From Anaeromyxobacteraceae bacterium (lineage in GTDB: Bacteria; Myxococcota; Myxococcia; Myxococcales; Anaeromyxobacteraceae): a stretch of DNA of 64,000 bases. Positions 39,090 to 48,052 of this stretch are shown in pieces. Position numbers and translations under genes: made by a program. Where the stretch lies: the NCBI GenBank assembly GCA_047602405.1, contig JASGHJ010000002.1:3616001-3680000 (forward strand), in the 5' to 3' direction. The notes beneath the pieces are model-generated. The model had not been told where the DNA came from. It saw only the letters and a list, made by a program, of their open reading frames with translations, and ran no database searches. The first letter of the stretch is position 1. Each line of letters starts with the position of its first letter.

Positions 39090-40060
39090 AGCCCGAAGAC
39101 CATCTGCTCGAGCAGGGTCTGCATGTCGGCCGTGGTCTGGGCCTCGTCGTGGAACGAGGTGAAGGTCACCCGGCCGGCCCCCGCCGCGAACTGCACCGCG
39201 TACGGCTTCCCCGTGAGCTTGCCGACGTCGTAGGTGTCGACGGGGCCGCTGAGCAGGACGTCGGTGCCGGCGCCCGCGCCGCTCATGACCACCCAGGCGC
39301 CGAGGTCGAAGTTGATCTCCGCGGTGCCCTTGCCGAGCGCCCGGGCGAGCGCCTCGTCCTCGACCTTCGCGGTCTGGGTCCCGTCCACGCCCTGGTACAT
39401 GTCGGGCGAGAGGTACTTCACCTTCCCGTTGAAGTAGGCGTCGACGTAGATGCCCGCGTAGTCGGAGGCGTAGAGCACGCCGCCCGCGTTCACCCAGCCG
39501 GTGAGGGCGGCCTTCGTGGCGGCGTCGGTGACGTACCCCTCGTCGAGGCCGCAGTTGAGCAGCAGGACGTCGTAGGAGGCGAGGTTGGTCGCGGCCTGGG
39601 CCAGGGCGCCCATCGAGAGCGGGGCCGGCGTGAACCCGAGGCCGGCCACGAGCGACTCGATGGAGTCGAAGTCGCCCGGCACGTAGCCGATCTTCACCGA
39701 GGCCGCGTCGATCTTCACCGTCACCGGCGTGCCCGGCGTCGCCGGGCCCGTGCCGTGGAAGTGACCGCGGTCGATGGTGACCGTCGTCGCGTCGGGCGGC
39801 AGGCCGTCGAGCTCGAAGGCGCCGTCGCCCCCGGTGGAGGCGGTGCAGCCCGGGGCGCTCGCGACGGAGACGATGCCGCCCGCGACCGGCACCTCTTCGT
39901 TCGGCGACGTGAAGTGCCCGGTCAGCTTCGCCGTGCCCTTCTTGCAGTCGACCTGCGTGGGCGGGAGCGTGTCGGGCTTCGAGCCGTTCGAGCCGCCGCC
40001 GCCACAGGCGGCGAGCGCGGCCGTGAGGGCGAGCGCGTGGATCAGCGTCAGGCGGGTCAT
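39086..40060 (-). CDS. Lipoprotein with carboxypeptidase-regulatory-like domain and a C-terminal alpha/beta domain
   Basis: Lipobox LAAC; DGAFELDGLP; YDVLLLNCG, GGVLYASD, GRVTFTSFH. Confidence 0.75.
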   Translation of the reverse strand: MTRLTLIHALALTAALAACGGGGSNGSKPDTLPPTQVDCKKGTAKLTGHFTSPNEEVPVAGGIVSVASAPGCTASTGGDGAFELDGLPPDATTVTIDRGHFHGTGPATPGTPVTVKIDAASVKIGYVPGDFDSIESLVAGLGFTPAPLSMGALAQAATNLASYDVLLLNCGLDEGYVTDAATKAALTGWVNAGGVLYASDYAGIYVDAYFNGKVKYLSPDMYQGVDGTQTAKVEDEALARALGKGTAEINFDLGAWVVMSGAGAGTDVLLSGPVDTYDVGKLTGKPYAVQFAAGAGRVTFTSFHDEAQTTADMQTLLEQMVFGL

Positions 40061-40192
40061 CCGGTGTCCTCGGGGAAGGCAGGGGCTCTGGACGCTTGGT
40101 AGCACCCCGGCCCGCCGGGCGCCGTGATCGCTGCACGCCCTGTCGGGGTCACCGCTTCGTCGGTCCCTGGATCCGGATACAGTGCGGCGGCC

Positions 40193-42253
40193 ATGCCGAC
40201 CCTCGCACCCCTCGCCCTCGCGCTGCTCGCCGCCGCCCCCACCCCGCCGCCCGCGCTCTCGCAGCCGGCCGCGCTCACCGTGAAGGCCCTCGTCGCGAAG
40301 CACGGCGAGCCCGAGCGCGCGCGGATCGAGCGCGGCGTCGCCCAGGCGGCCTCGCTCTGGCGGCCGGCCGACGGGGACGGGAAGGCCTTCCAGGCGTTCT
40401 GCGAGGCGCAGTTCCTCCCGAAGGGCCCCGCCCTCGACGCGGGCTTCTCGCGGCTCGAGGCCGCGATCGAGGCGCTCGAGGGGAACGGCCTCGAGATGGG
40501 CCGCACGCTCCGCAGCGGCGCCGACCTCGACCTCGGCCCGCTCCAGCCGCTCGACCCCCTCCTCGCGGCGTTCGACCCGACCGCGCACTTCAACGACGAC
40601 CTCTTCGACCAGAAGATCGCCTTCGCGGTCCTCCTCAACTTCCCGCTCACGACGCTCGACGAGCGCGTGGCGCAGGGCGAGACGTGGACCACGCGGCAGT
40701 GGGCCGAGGCCCGGCTGGCGGATCGCTTCTCGATGCGCGTGCCGGCCGCCGTGATGCAGGGCATCGCGCGCGCGAGCGCCGAGGCCGACGCCTACGTCGC
40801 GGGCTACAACGTGTGGGTCCACCACGTCGTCGACGATCAGGGGGCCCGGCCCTTCCCGAAGGGCAAGCGCCTCCTCTCGCACTGGAACCTCCGCGACGAG
40901 CTGAAGGCCTGGTACGGGCAGCCGGACGGCGTCGTCCGGCAGCGCGCCATCGCGAAGGTGATGGAGCGGATCGTCACGCAGACGATCCCGGCCGCGGTGA
41001 TCGACGATCCGACCGTCGACTGGAACCCGTGGACGAACGCGGTCGCGCCCGCGCCGGCCGCCGAGATCGAGAACGGCAAGCCCCCCCGCGCGAAGGTCGA
41101 CCCCGCCCGCGAGGCCGACGTCCGCTTCGCGCGCATCCTCGGGAACTTCCGCGCCGCGAGGGCGATGGACCCCTACTCGCCGGCCGCGCCGACGCAGATC
41201 GCCCGCGGGTTCCTGATGGACCGCGAGCTCCCGGAGGCGCGGGTCGTCGCGACGCTCGAGGAGGTGCTCGGCGCGCCGGAGATCGCGCGCATCGGGAAGC
41301 TCGTCTCGACCCGCCTCGGTCGCCCGCTCGAGCCGTTCGACGTCTGGTACCCCGGCTTCAAGGCGAAGCCGGCGATGCCCGAGGCGGAGCTCGACAAGAT
41401 CACCCGCGCCCGCTACCCGACGCCCGCCGCGTTCGAGAAGGCGCTCCCGCTGACCCTCCAGAAGCTCGGCTTCACGCCGGAGCGCGCGGCCTTCTTCGCC
41501 GCGCACATCACCGTCGACCCGGCCCGCGGCTCGGGCCACGCGCTCGAGGCCGCCCGGCGCGGGGACAAGCCCCACCTGCGCACCCGGGTGAACGCCGACG
41601 GCATGGACTACAAGGGCTTCAACATCGCGGTCCACGAGCTCGGCCACAACGTCGAGCAGGTGTGCAGCCTCTACCAGGTGGACTCGACGCTGCTCCGGGG
41701 CGTGCCGAACACGGCGTTCACCGAGGCCCTCGCGTTCGTCTTCCAGGCGCGCGATCTCGAGGTGCTGGGCCTCCCGGGCCCGGACGCCGAGGCGCGCCGG
41801 CTCGAGGCGCTCGACCGGCTCTGGAGCACCTTCGAGATCGCCGGCGTCGCGCTCGTCGATCTGAGGATGTGGCACTGGATGTACGACCACCCGAAGGCGA
41901 CGCCTGCGCAGCTCCGCGAGGCGACGGTCGGGATCGCGAAGGAGGTCTGGAACCGGTGGTACGCGCCGGTGCTCGGCGCGAAGGACGTGCCGCTCCTCGC
42001 GATCTACTCGCACATGGTGAACCGCGACCTCTACATCCCCGACTACCCGCTTGGCCACGTCATCGCCGCGCAGATCGAGGCGCACATGGACGCGCGGCCG
42101 GCGAACACGCTCGGCGCCGAGTTCGAGCGCATGGCGAGCGCGGGCCGCCTCTCGCCGGACGTCTGGATGAAGAAGGCGACCGGCCAGCCAGTGACCGCGC
42201 GCCCCATGATCGAGGCCGCCGCGCGCGCGCTCGACGCGGTCGCGGCCCGGTAG
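40193..42253 (+). CDS. Secreted gluzincin-like metallopeptidase (M2/M3-like), hypothetical
   Basis: Signal peptide; HELGH followed by AFTEALA (candidate third ligand). Confidence 0.7.
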   Translation: MPTLAPLALALLAAAPTPPPALSQPAALTVKALVAKHGEPERARIERGVAQAASLWRPADGDGKAFQAFCEAQFLPKGPALDAGFSRLEAAIEALEGNGLEMGRTLRSGADLDLGPLQPLDPLLAAFDPTAHFNDDLFDQKIAFAVLLNFPLTTLDERVAQGETWTTRQWAEARLADRFSMRVPAAVMQGIARASAEADAYVAGYNVWVHHVVDDQGARPFPKGKRLLSHWNLRDELKAWYGQPDGVVRQRAIAKVMERIVTQTIPAAVIDDPTVDWNPWTNAVAPAPAAEIENGKPPRAKVDPAREADVRFARILGNFRAARAMDPYSPAAPTQIARGFLMDRELPEARVVATLEEVLGAPEIARIGKLVSTRLGRPLEPFDVWYPGFKAKPAMPEAELDKITRARYPTPAAFEKALPLTLQKLGFTPERAAFFAAHITVDPARGSGHALEAARRGDKPHLRTRVNADGMDYKGFNIAVHELGHNVEQVCSLYQVDSTLLRGVPNTAFTEALAFVFQARDLEVLGLPGPDAEARRLEALDRLWSTFEIAGVALVDLRMWHWMYDHPKATPAQLREATVGIAKEVWNRWYAPVLGAKDVPLLAIYSHMVNRDLYIPDYPLGHVIAAQIEAHMDARPANTLGAEFERMASAGRLSPDVWMKKATGQPVTARPMIEAAARALDAVAAR

Positions 42254-42261
42254 CTGCCCCG

Positions 42262-42519
42262 CTACAGCCGCTCGGGAGCGCCGCCGCCCCCGGGCTGCGG
42301 CAGCTCGCGGGGCGTCGGGATCTCGGGATCCGGGATGCGCCCCGGGATCTCCGGCTCGCCGCCCGGCCGCGGCACGTGCACGTCCGGCTCGGCCTGGCGG
42401 CCGGGCACCATCGGCTGGTCGGTCGGCATGGGCACGTCCGCGGGTGCGTTCACCCCGCCGGCGGGCACCTCGGGCTGACGGATCCCGGCGCCCTTCCCTT
42501 CGTCGTGTCTCGGGCTCAT
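42262..42519 (-). CDS. Small Pro-rich hypothetical protein
   Basis: MSPRHDEGKG...PEIPGRIPDPEIP; plausible codon usage only. Confidence 0.45.
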   Translation of the reverse strand: MSPRHDEGKGAGIRQPEVPAGGVNAPADVPMPTDQPMVPGRQAEPDVHVPRPGGEPEIPGRIPDPEIPTPRELPQPGGGGAPERL

Positions 42520-42603
42520 GCCTGCACGCTGCGCATCCGGGCGCCCGCGTGCCCTGCCCGGCCCGCCGCCGGTGGGCACCTTCGAGGCTCGAAGGGACCG
42601 CCC

Positions 42604-42957
42604 ATGGCCAGAAGACGCCTCTCCCGCGGGCTCGCCCGCGCGTTCGTCGCGATCGTGGGGTTCGCGGTTCACGTGTTCGTCGCGCGGGCGGCCTTCCGCT
42701 GGCTGATGGGGCCTCGCGTTCGCCCTTCGACCCGCCCGCGGCGAACGCGGTCGAGGAGGGCCGCGCCCGACACGGAGCGAGCCCCCGCCGGCCCGCCCGA
42801 CCGCGACGACACGCACGAGCTCGACGGCGACCTCCGCGACGAGGAGGCGCCCGACGAGACGGCACCGCTCCGGCTCGAGGGGCCTCCGGTCGAGCGGGAT
42901 CTCCTCGGCGTCTCGTGGCAGCCGGACGACGACGCCGGCCGCGGCGACCCGCGGTAG
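42604..42957 (+). CDS. Hypothetical protein with one TM segment and acidic tail
   Basis: AAGGGA RBS; hydrophobic AFVAIVGFAVHVFVA. Confidence 0.5.
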   Translation: MARRRLSRGLARAFVAIVGFAVHVFVARAAFRWLMGPRVRPSTRPRRTRSRRAAPDTERAPAGPPDRDDTHELDGDLRDEEAPDETAPLRLEGPPVERDLLGVSWQPDDDAGRGDPR

Positions 42958-43041
42958 CAGGTCGCAGGGCTCGAACCACGCCGACGGTCGACCTGGCCGG
43001 CAGCCTTGCGCCCGGCCCCCGTCGCGGCCATGAATGCTGCC

Positions 43042-44106
43042 ATGGCCCACCTCTTCGATCACCTCTCCCTCCGCTCCGTCACGCTCCGCAACCGCATCGG
43101 CGTCTCGCCGATGTGCCAGTACTCCGCGAAGGACGGCGTTCCGAACGACTGGCATCTCGTGCACCTCGGCGCGCGCGCGGTGGGTGGGGCCGGCCTCGTT
43201 TTCACCGAGGCGACCGGCGTCGAGGCGCGCGGCCGCATCTCGCCGCAGGATCTGGGGCTCTGGAACGACGCGCAGGCCGAGGCCTTCGCGCGGATCGTCC
43301 ACTTCGTGGAGGCGCACGGCGCCGCGGCGGGCATCCAGCTCGCGCACGCGGGCCGGAAGGCCTCCACCGCCGCCCCGTGGGAAGGCCGCGCCGCGGTGCC
43401 GCCCGCCGAGGGCGGCTGGCAGGTCGTGGGCCCGAGCGCCGTCGACTTCGACGCGGGCTACCCGCACCCGGAGGCGCTCGACGAGGCCGGCATCGCGGCG
43501 GTGATCCGCGCCTTCGCGGAGGCCGCCGGCCGCGCGCGCGAGGCGGGCTTCAAGATCGCCGAGGTCCACGCCGCGCACGGCTACCTCCTCCACCAGTTCC
43601 TCTCGCCGCTCGCGAACCAGCGCACCGACCGGTGGGGCGGCTCGCACGAGAACCGCACCCGCCTCGTGCGCGAGGTGGTCCAGGCCATCCGGAAGGTCTG
43701 GCCGGAGGAGCTGCCGGTGGTGCTGCGCATCTCGGCGACCGACTGGGCAGAGGGCGGCTGGAACGTGGACGAGTCGGTGGAGCTCTGCCGCGCGGTGAAG
43801 CCGCTCGGCGTCGACCTCGTGGACGTCTCCTCGGGCGGCCTCTCCCCGAAGCAGAAGATCCCCGCCGGCCCCGGCTACCAGACGGCCTTCGCCGAGCGCA
43901 TCCGCCGCGAGGCCGGCGTCGCCACGGCCGCCGTCGGCATGCTCACCTCCCCTGAGCAGTGCGATCACGTGGTCCGGTCCGGGCAGGCGGACATGGTCCT
44001 CCTCGCCCGCGAGATGCTGCGGGACCCGAACTTCCCGCTCCGGGCGGCCCACGTCCTGAAGCACGAGGGCCCCTGGCCGAAGCAGTACCTGCGCGGGAAG
44101 TGGTAA
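43042..44106 (+). CDS. NADH:flavin oxidoreductase (old yellow enzyme, YqjM/NamA type)
   Basis: VSPMCQYS, IQLAHAGRKAS, HAAHGYLLHQFLSP, PGYQ, LRDP. Confidence 0.93.
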   Translation: MAHLFDHLSLRSVTLRNRIGVSPMCQYSAKDGVPNDWHLVHLGARAVGGAGLVFTEATGVEARGRISPQDLGLWNDAQAEAFARIVHFVEAHGAAAGIQLAHAGRKASTAAPWEGRAAVPPAEGGWQVVGPSAVDFDAGYPHPEALDEAGIAAVIRAFAEAAGRAREAGFKIAEVHAAHGYLLHQFLSPLANQRTDRWGGSHENRTRLVREVVQAIRKVWPEELPVVLRISATDWAEGGWNVDESVELCRAVKPLGVDLVDVSSGGLSPKQKIPAGPGYQTAFAERIRREAGVATAAVGMLTSPEQCDHVVRSGQADMVLLAREMLRDPNFPLRAAHVLKHEGPWPKQYLRGKW

Positions 44107-44118
44107 GACCTGCCCCCG

Positions 44119-45288
44119 ATGAACACGGAGAAGAAGGTCAAGGTCAGCCGCCGCGGCGCGGACCGGATCGCCGGCGGGCACCCCTGGGTGTACCGCTCGG
44201 ACGTCGAGGCCGACGGCGGGGCGGAGTCCGGCGACGTCGTCGCGGTGGTCGACGGCCGGGGGAAGTTCCTCGGCAAGGCGTTCTGGTCGGCGCGGTCGCA
44301 GATCGCCATCCGGATGGTCACGCGCGAGGACGAGGCCATCGACGAGGCCTTCCTCGCCGCGCGGCTCGCCTCCGCGATCGATCTGAGGCGGCGGACCTTC
44401 GGCGACGAGCCGTTCGTGCGGCTCGTGCACGGCGAGGCGGACCTCCTCCCCGGCCTCGTGGTCGATCGCTACGGCGACGTGGGCGTCATGCAGACCCTCG
44501 TGCCCGCGACCGACCGGCGCAAGCCGCTCCTCGCGGAGCTCCTCGAGCAGGCGCTCGGCCTGCGCACCGTCCTCGAGCGCAACGACGTGCGCGTGCGCGA
44601 GCTCGAGGGGCTCGAGCAGGTGAAGGGCGTGCTCCGCGGGCCGGCGCCCGGCCCGGTCATGCTGCGGGAGGGCGAGGTCCGGATGAAGCTCGACCTCCTC
44701 GCCGGCCAGAAGACGGGCGCGTTCCTCGACCAGCGCGAGAACCACGTGCGCGCGGGCGAGTACGCGCGCGGCGAGTGCCTCGACTGCTTCTCCTACGCCG
44801 GCGGCTTCGCGCTGCAGCTCGCGCGGCGGGCTGCGAAGGTCACCGCGATCGAGATGCAGCCGGTCGCGGCGGCGCTGCTCAGGGAGAACGCGGCCGAGAA
44901 CCGGGCCGCGAACCTCGAGGTCGTCGAGGCAAACGCCTTCGACCACCTGCGCGACCTCGCGGAGAAGGAGCCGGCGTTCGACCTCGTCGTGCTCGACCCG
45001 CCGGCGTTCGCGAAGAACAAGCAGGCCCTGCCGGCGGCGAAGCGCGGGTACAAGGAGATCAACCTGCGCGCCATGCAGGTCCTCAAGCCCGGGGGCGTCC
45101 TCGTGACGGCCTCCTGCAGCTACCACCTCGACGAGGCGTCGCTCGAGGCGCTCGTGCTCGACGCCGCGAACGACGCCGGCCGGAGCGTCCAGCTCCTCGA
45201 ACGGCGCGGCGCGGGCCGGGATCACCCGGTGCTGCTCGGCGCACCCGAGACGCGCTACCTGAAGTGCCTGTTCCTCCGAGTGCTCTGA
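44119..45288 (+). CDS. Class I SAM-dependent rRNA methyltransferase (RlmI family)
   Basis: GHPWVY PUA domain, GEADLLPGLVVDRY, GQKTGAFLDQREN, LDPPAF, SCS, ETRYLK. Confidence 0.92.
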   Translation: MNTEKKVKVSRRGADRIAGGHPWVYRSDVEADGGAESGDVVAVVDGRGKFLGKAFWSARSQIAIRMVTREDEAIDEAFLAARLASAIDLRRRTFGDEPFVRLVHGEADLLPGLVVDRYGDVGVMQTLVPATDRRKPLLAELLEQALGLRTVLERNDVRVRELEGLEQVKGVLRGPAPGPVMLREGEVRMKLDLLAGQKTGAFLDQRENHVRAGEYARGECLDCFSYAGGFALQLARRAAKVTAIEMQPVAAALLRENAAENRAANLEVVEANAFDHLRDLAEKEPAFDLVVLDPPAFAKNKQALPAAKRGYKEINLRAMQVLKPGGVLVTASCSYHLDEASLEALVLDAANDAGRSVQLLERRGAGRDHPVLLGAPETRYLKCLFLRVL

Positions 45289-45448
45289 GCGAGGCCTGCC
45301 CGGGTCGGCGGGCGCGCCTCGCGGCGGTCACGCGCGCGTTTCGTCCATCGCGAGGCACCCCGGGTCCGACCCCACCCGCCGGTATCGGCCCTCCTCTCGC
45401 CCGTTCCAGGGGTTCTGCCCGGCACGGAGATCGCACCGGGATACGCCG

Positions 45449-48041
45449 ATGCGCTCGTCTGCACGGAAGGTCGCCCTGGCGGCGGCGCTGATCGCGCTAT
45501 GTCCTCGCCCCTCGTCGGCGGGGTGGCGCCTGCCGTTCGAGCTCGTCGGACCGGACCAGGGCCTGCCCTCGGGGCAGGCGCTCACGGTGACGCAGACGCC
45601 GGACGGGTTCCTCTGGATCGGGAGCGAGAACGGCGTCGTCCGGTACGAGGGCGGGCGCGTCCGGCGCTTCTCGCGTCAGGAGGGGCTGCCGTCGTCCTAC
45701 GTGCACCGCCTGGTCGCGACCGCGGAGGGCGCCGTCTGGGCCGCGACGGCGCGGGGGCTCGTGCGCATCCACGACGGGAAGGTCGAGCTCGCGCGGCTCG
45801 AGGGCGAGCCCGACGAGGCCTCGATCAGCTTCCTCGACCTCGACGCGCGCGGGCGGCCGTGGGTCGCCACGCGCGACGGGGTCTTCTCGCTCGAAGGCGA
45901 GCTCACGTTCCGTCGCCGGCCGTGGACCGGCGTGCAGGTCACGTCCCTCGCCTCGGGCGAGGGCGGGGTGCTCTACGCGGCGGGCCCCGGGATCATCCGC
46001 GGGTTCTCGCCGGACGGCACGGTGCGGGACCTCGAGCCGGGCCCCGCCGTGCCGGCCGAGGGCGCGCGCATCCTCGCCGAGGACCGGCAGGGCCGGCTCT
46101 GGGCCGGGGCGGGCAACGTCCTCGCGGTGCGCTCGGCGGCCTCGGGACGCTTCGAGGACCGCTCGCGGCTCCTGCCCGGCGCGCTCGCCGCGAACGGGGT
46201 CGCGTTCCGCGACCACGACGGCGCGCTCTGGTTCCCCACCGGCCGCGGGGCGCTCCGCGTGGCGGGCGACGCGACCACCGTGCTCGGGCCGGCCGACGGC
46301 CTGCCGTTCCCCTGGGTCCGCACCGTGTTCCGGGACCGCGAGCGGACGCTCTGGATCGTCGGGCCGACGCTCGCGCGCCTCCTCGGCGAGGGCCGGCTCC
46401 GCGCGCTCGCGCCCGCGTTCGCGACGCAGGGCTCGGTGGTCTGGGCGGTGCACCGCGCCCCCGACGGCAGGCTCCTCCTCGGCAGCGACGAGGGCGCCGC
46501 GTGGCTGGAAGCCCCCGGCTCCGGCGCTCGCGCACCTCGGGACCCCGGGGGCACGCCCGCGATCGAGACGCCGATCCCGGGCACCGAGGGCCGGCGCATC
46601 AAGGCGGTGGCGGTCGACCGCACCGGCCGCACCTGGCTGCTCTCCTCCACCGGCCCGGCGCTCTGGCTCGAGCCCGGCGCCCGGCGCGCGGTCACGGCGC
46701 CCCTCGGGGACCACGGCACGCAGCTCAACGCCGTGCTCGTCGACGCGCACGGCACGGTCTGGGTCTGCCACGCGCTCGACGGCATCCTCCGGTTCGATCC
46801 CGCCCTCCGCGCGCTCGTGCACGAAGGTCCGCCGGAGCTCCGCCAGCCCGGCCGCGCCATCCAGGCGCTCGGCGTGAGCGAGGACTTCGCCGGCCGGCTC
46901 TGGTTCGGCACCTCCGAAGGGCTCGTGGTGCGGGAGGCGGACGGCCGCTGGCGCACGTTCGGCCCCGCCGACGGCCTCCCGCTGAAGCGCGTGCGCGGCG
47001 CGACCACGATGCCCGACGCGAGCGCGTGGCTGTTCTTCGAGGAGCCGGTGGGGCTCGTGCACGTGCAGCTCCGGAACGGCCGCCTCCAGGTCCTCGCCCG
47101 CCGGACGGGGGCCGACGGGCTCCGCTCGAGCCAGAATCTACGCGGCCGCCTCCGACGCGGTGGGCCGGCTCTGGTTCTCCACCGAGCAGGGCTTCGAGCG
47201 CCTCTCGCCGGCGCTCCACGTGGGCCGGCAGCAGGGCATGGTCAACGAGGACTGCTCGCTGCACGCGGTTCTGGTCGAGGGCGAGACGATCTGGGTGGGG
47301 ACCTCCGGGGGGCTCGTCCGCTTCGACGCGTCCGCCTCGGACCGCGACGTCGATCCTCCGGCCGCGCACGTGCTGGAGGCGAACCTCGGCGGCCTGCGCC
47401 GCTACCCGCCGTTCGGCGCCCTCGCCCCGGTCGCCTCCGGGACGCCGACGGCCGAGCTCCGGGTCGGCGCCCCCGCGTACGCCCTCGGGCACACCCTGCG
47501 TTACCAGGTCCGCATGACCGGGCTCGAGGACGAGTGGCGCGACGCGGGCGGCACCTCGCCGCGCTACACCGGGCTGCCGCCCGGGCGCCACCGCTTCGAG
47601 GCGCGCGCGACCTACGATGGCCTTCGCTTCGGCCCGCCGGGCGCGCTCGAGTTCGAGGTGCTCCCCGCCTGGTGGCAGACCTGGTGGGCCCGCGCCGCCG
47701 GCCTGCTCGGGTTCGCGCTCCTGGTCGCCGCGCTCGTCCAGCTGCGGATCGCCTCGCTCCGTCGCGCGAAGCTCGCCCTCGAGGACCTCGTCGAGCAGCG
47801 CACCGCCGAGCTCCGCGATCGCAACCAGGAGCTCTCGACGGCGCTCTCGGAGGTGCGCGAGCTCTCGGGCCTCCTCCCGATCTGCATGCACTGCAAGCGG
47901 ATCCGCGACGACCACGGCTACTGGGAGAAGATCGAGAAGTACGTCTCGGCGCGCACGAAGGCGAGCTTCACGCACGGCCTGTGCCCGGACTGCCTGCCGC
48001 GGTACATGCCGCCGGATGACGAGAAGCCGCGGGCGGGCTAG
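45449..48041 (+). CDS. Periplasmic beta-propeller/Y_Y_Y sensor with TM, coiled coil and Cys-rich cytoplasmic tail; +1 frameshift at ~47136
   Basis: Repeated DGFLWIG/GRLWFGT/GLP blades, YTGLPPGRHRFE, PAWWQTWW, VEQRTAEL, LPICMHCKRIRDDHGYW...HGLCPDC. Confidence 0.85.
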
Positions 48042-48052
48042 GCTCGCCCACG

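Noticed and set aside
2365..45435. Additional sigma54-like GG-N10-GC motifs at ~2365, ~26706 and ~45420
   Set aside because: Such matches are frequent by chance at this GC content; the best one (CGGCACGGAGATCGCA at ~45420) would leave almost no leader, so none was listed as a feature.
5346..48041. Six true pseudogenes or programmed frameshifts
   Set aside because: Both halves of each gene look intact, there are no slippery heptamers, and the shared GATC context points to sequencing error.
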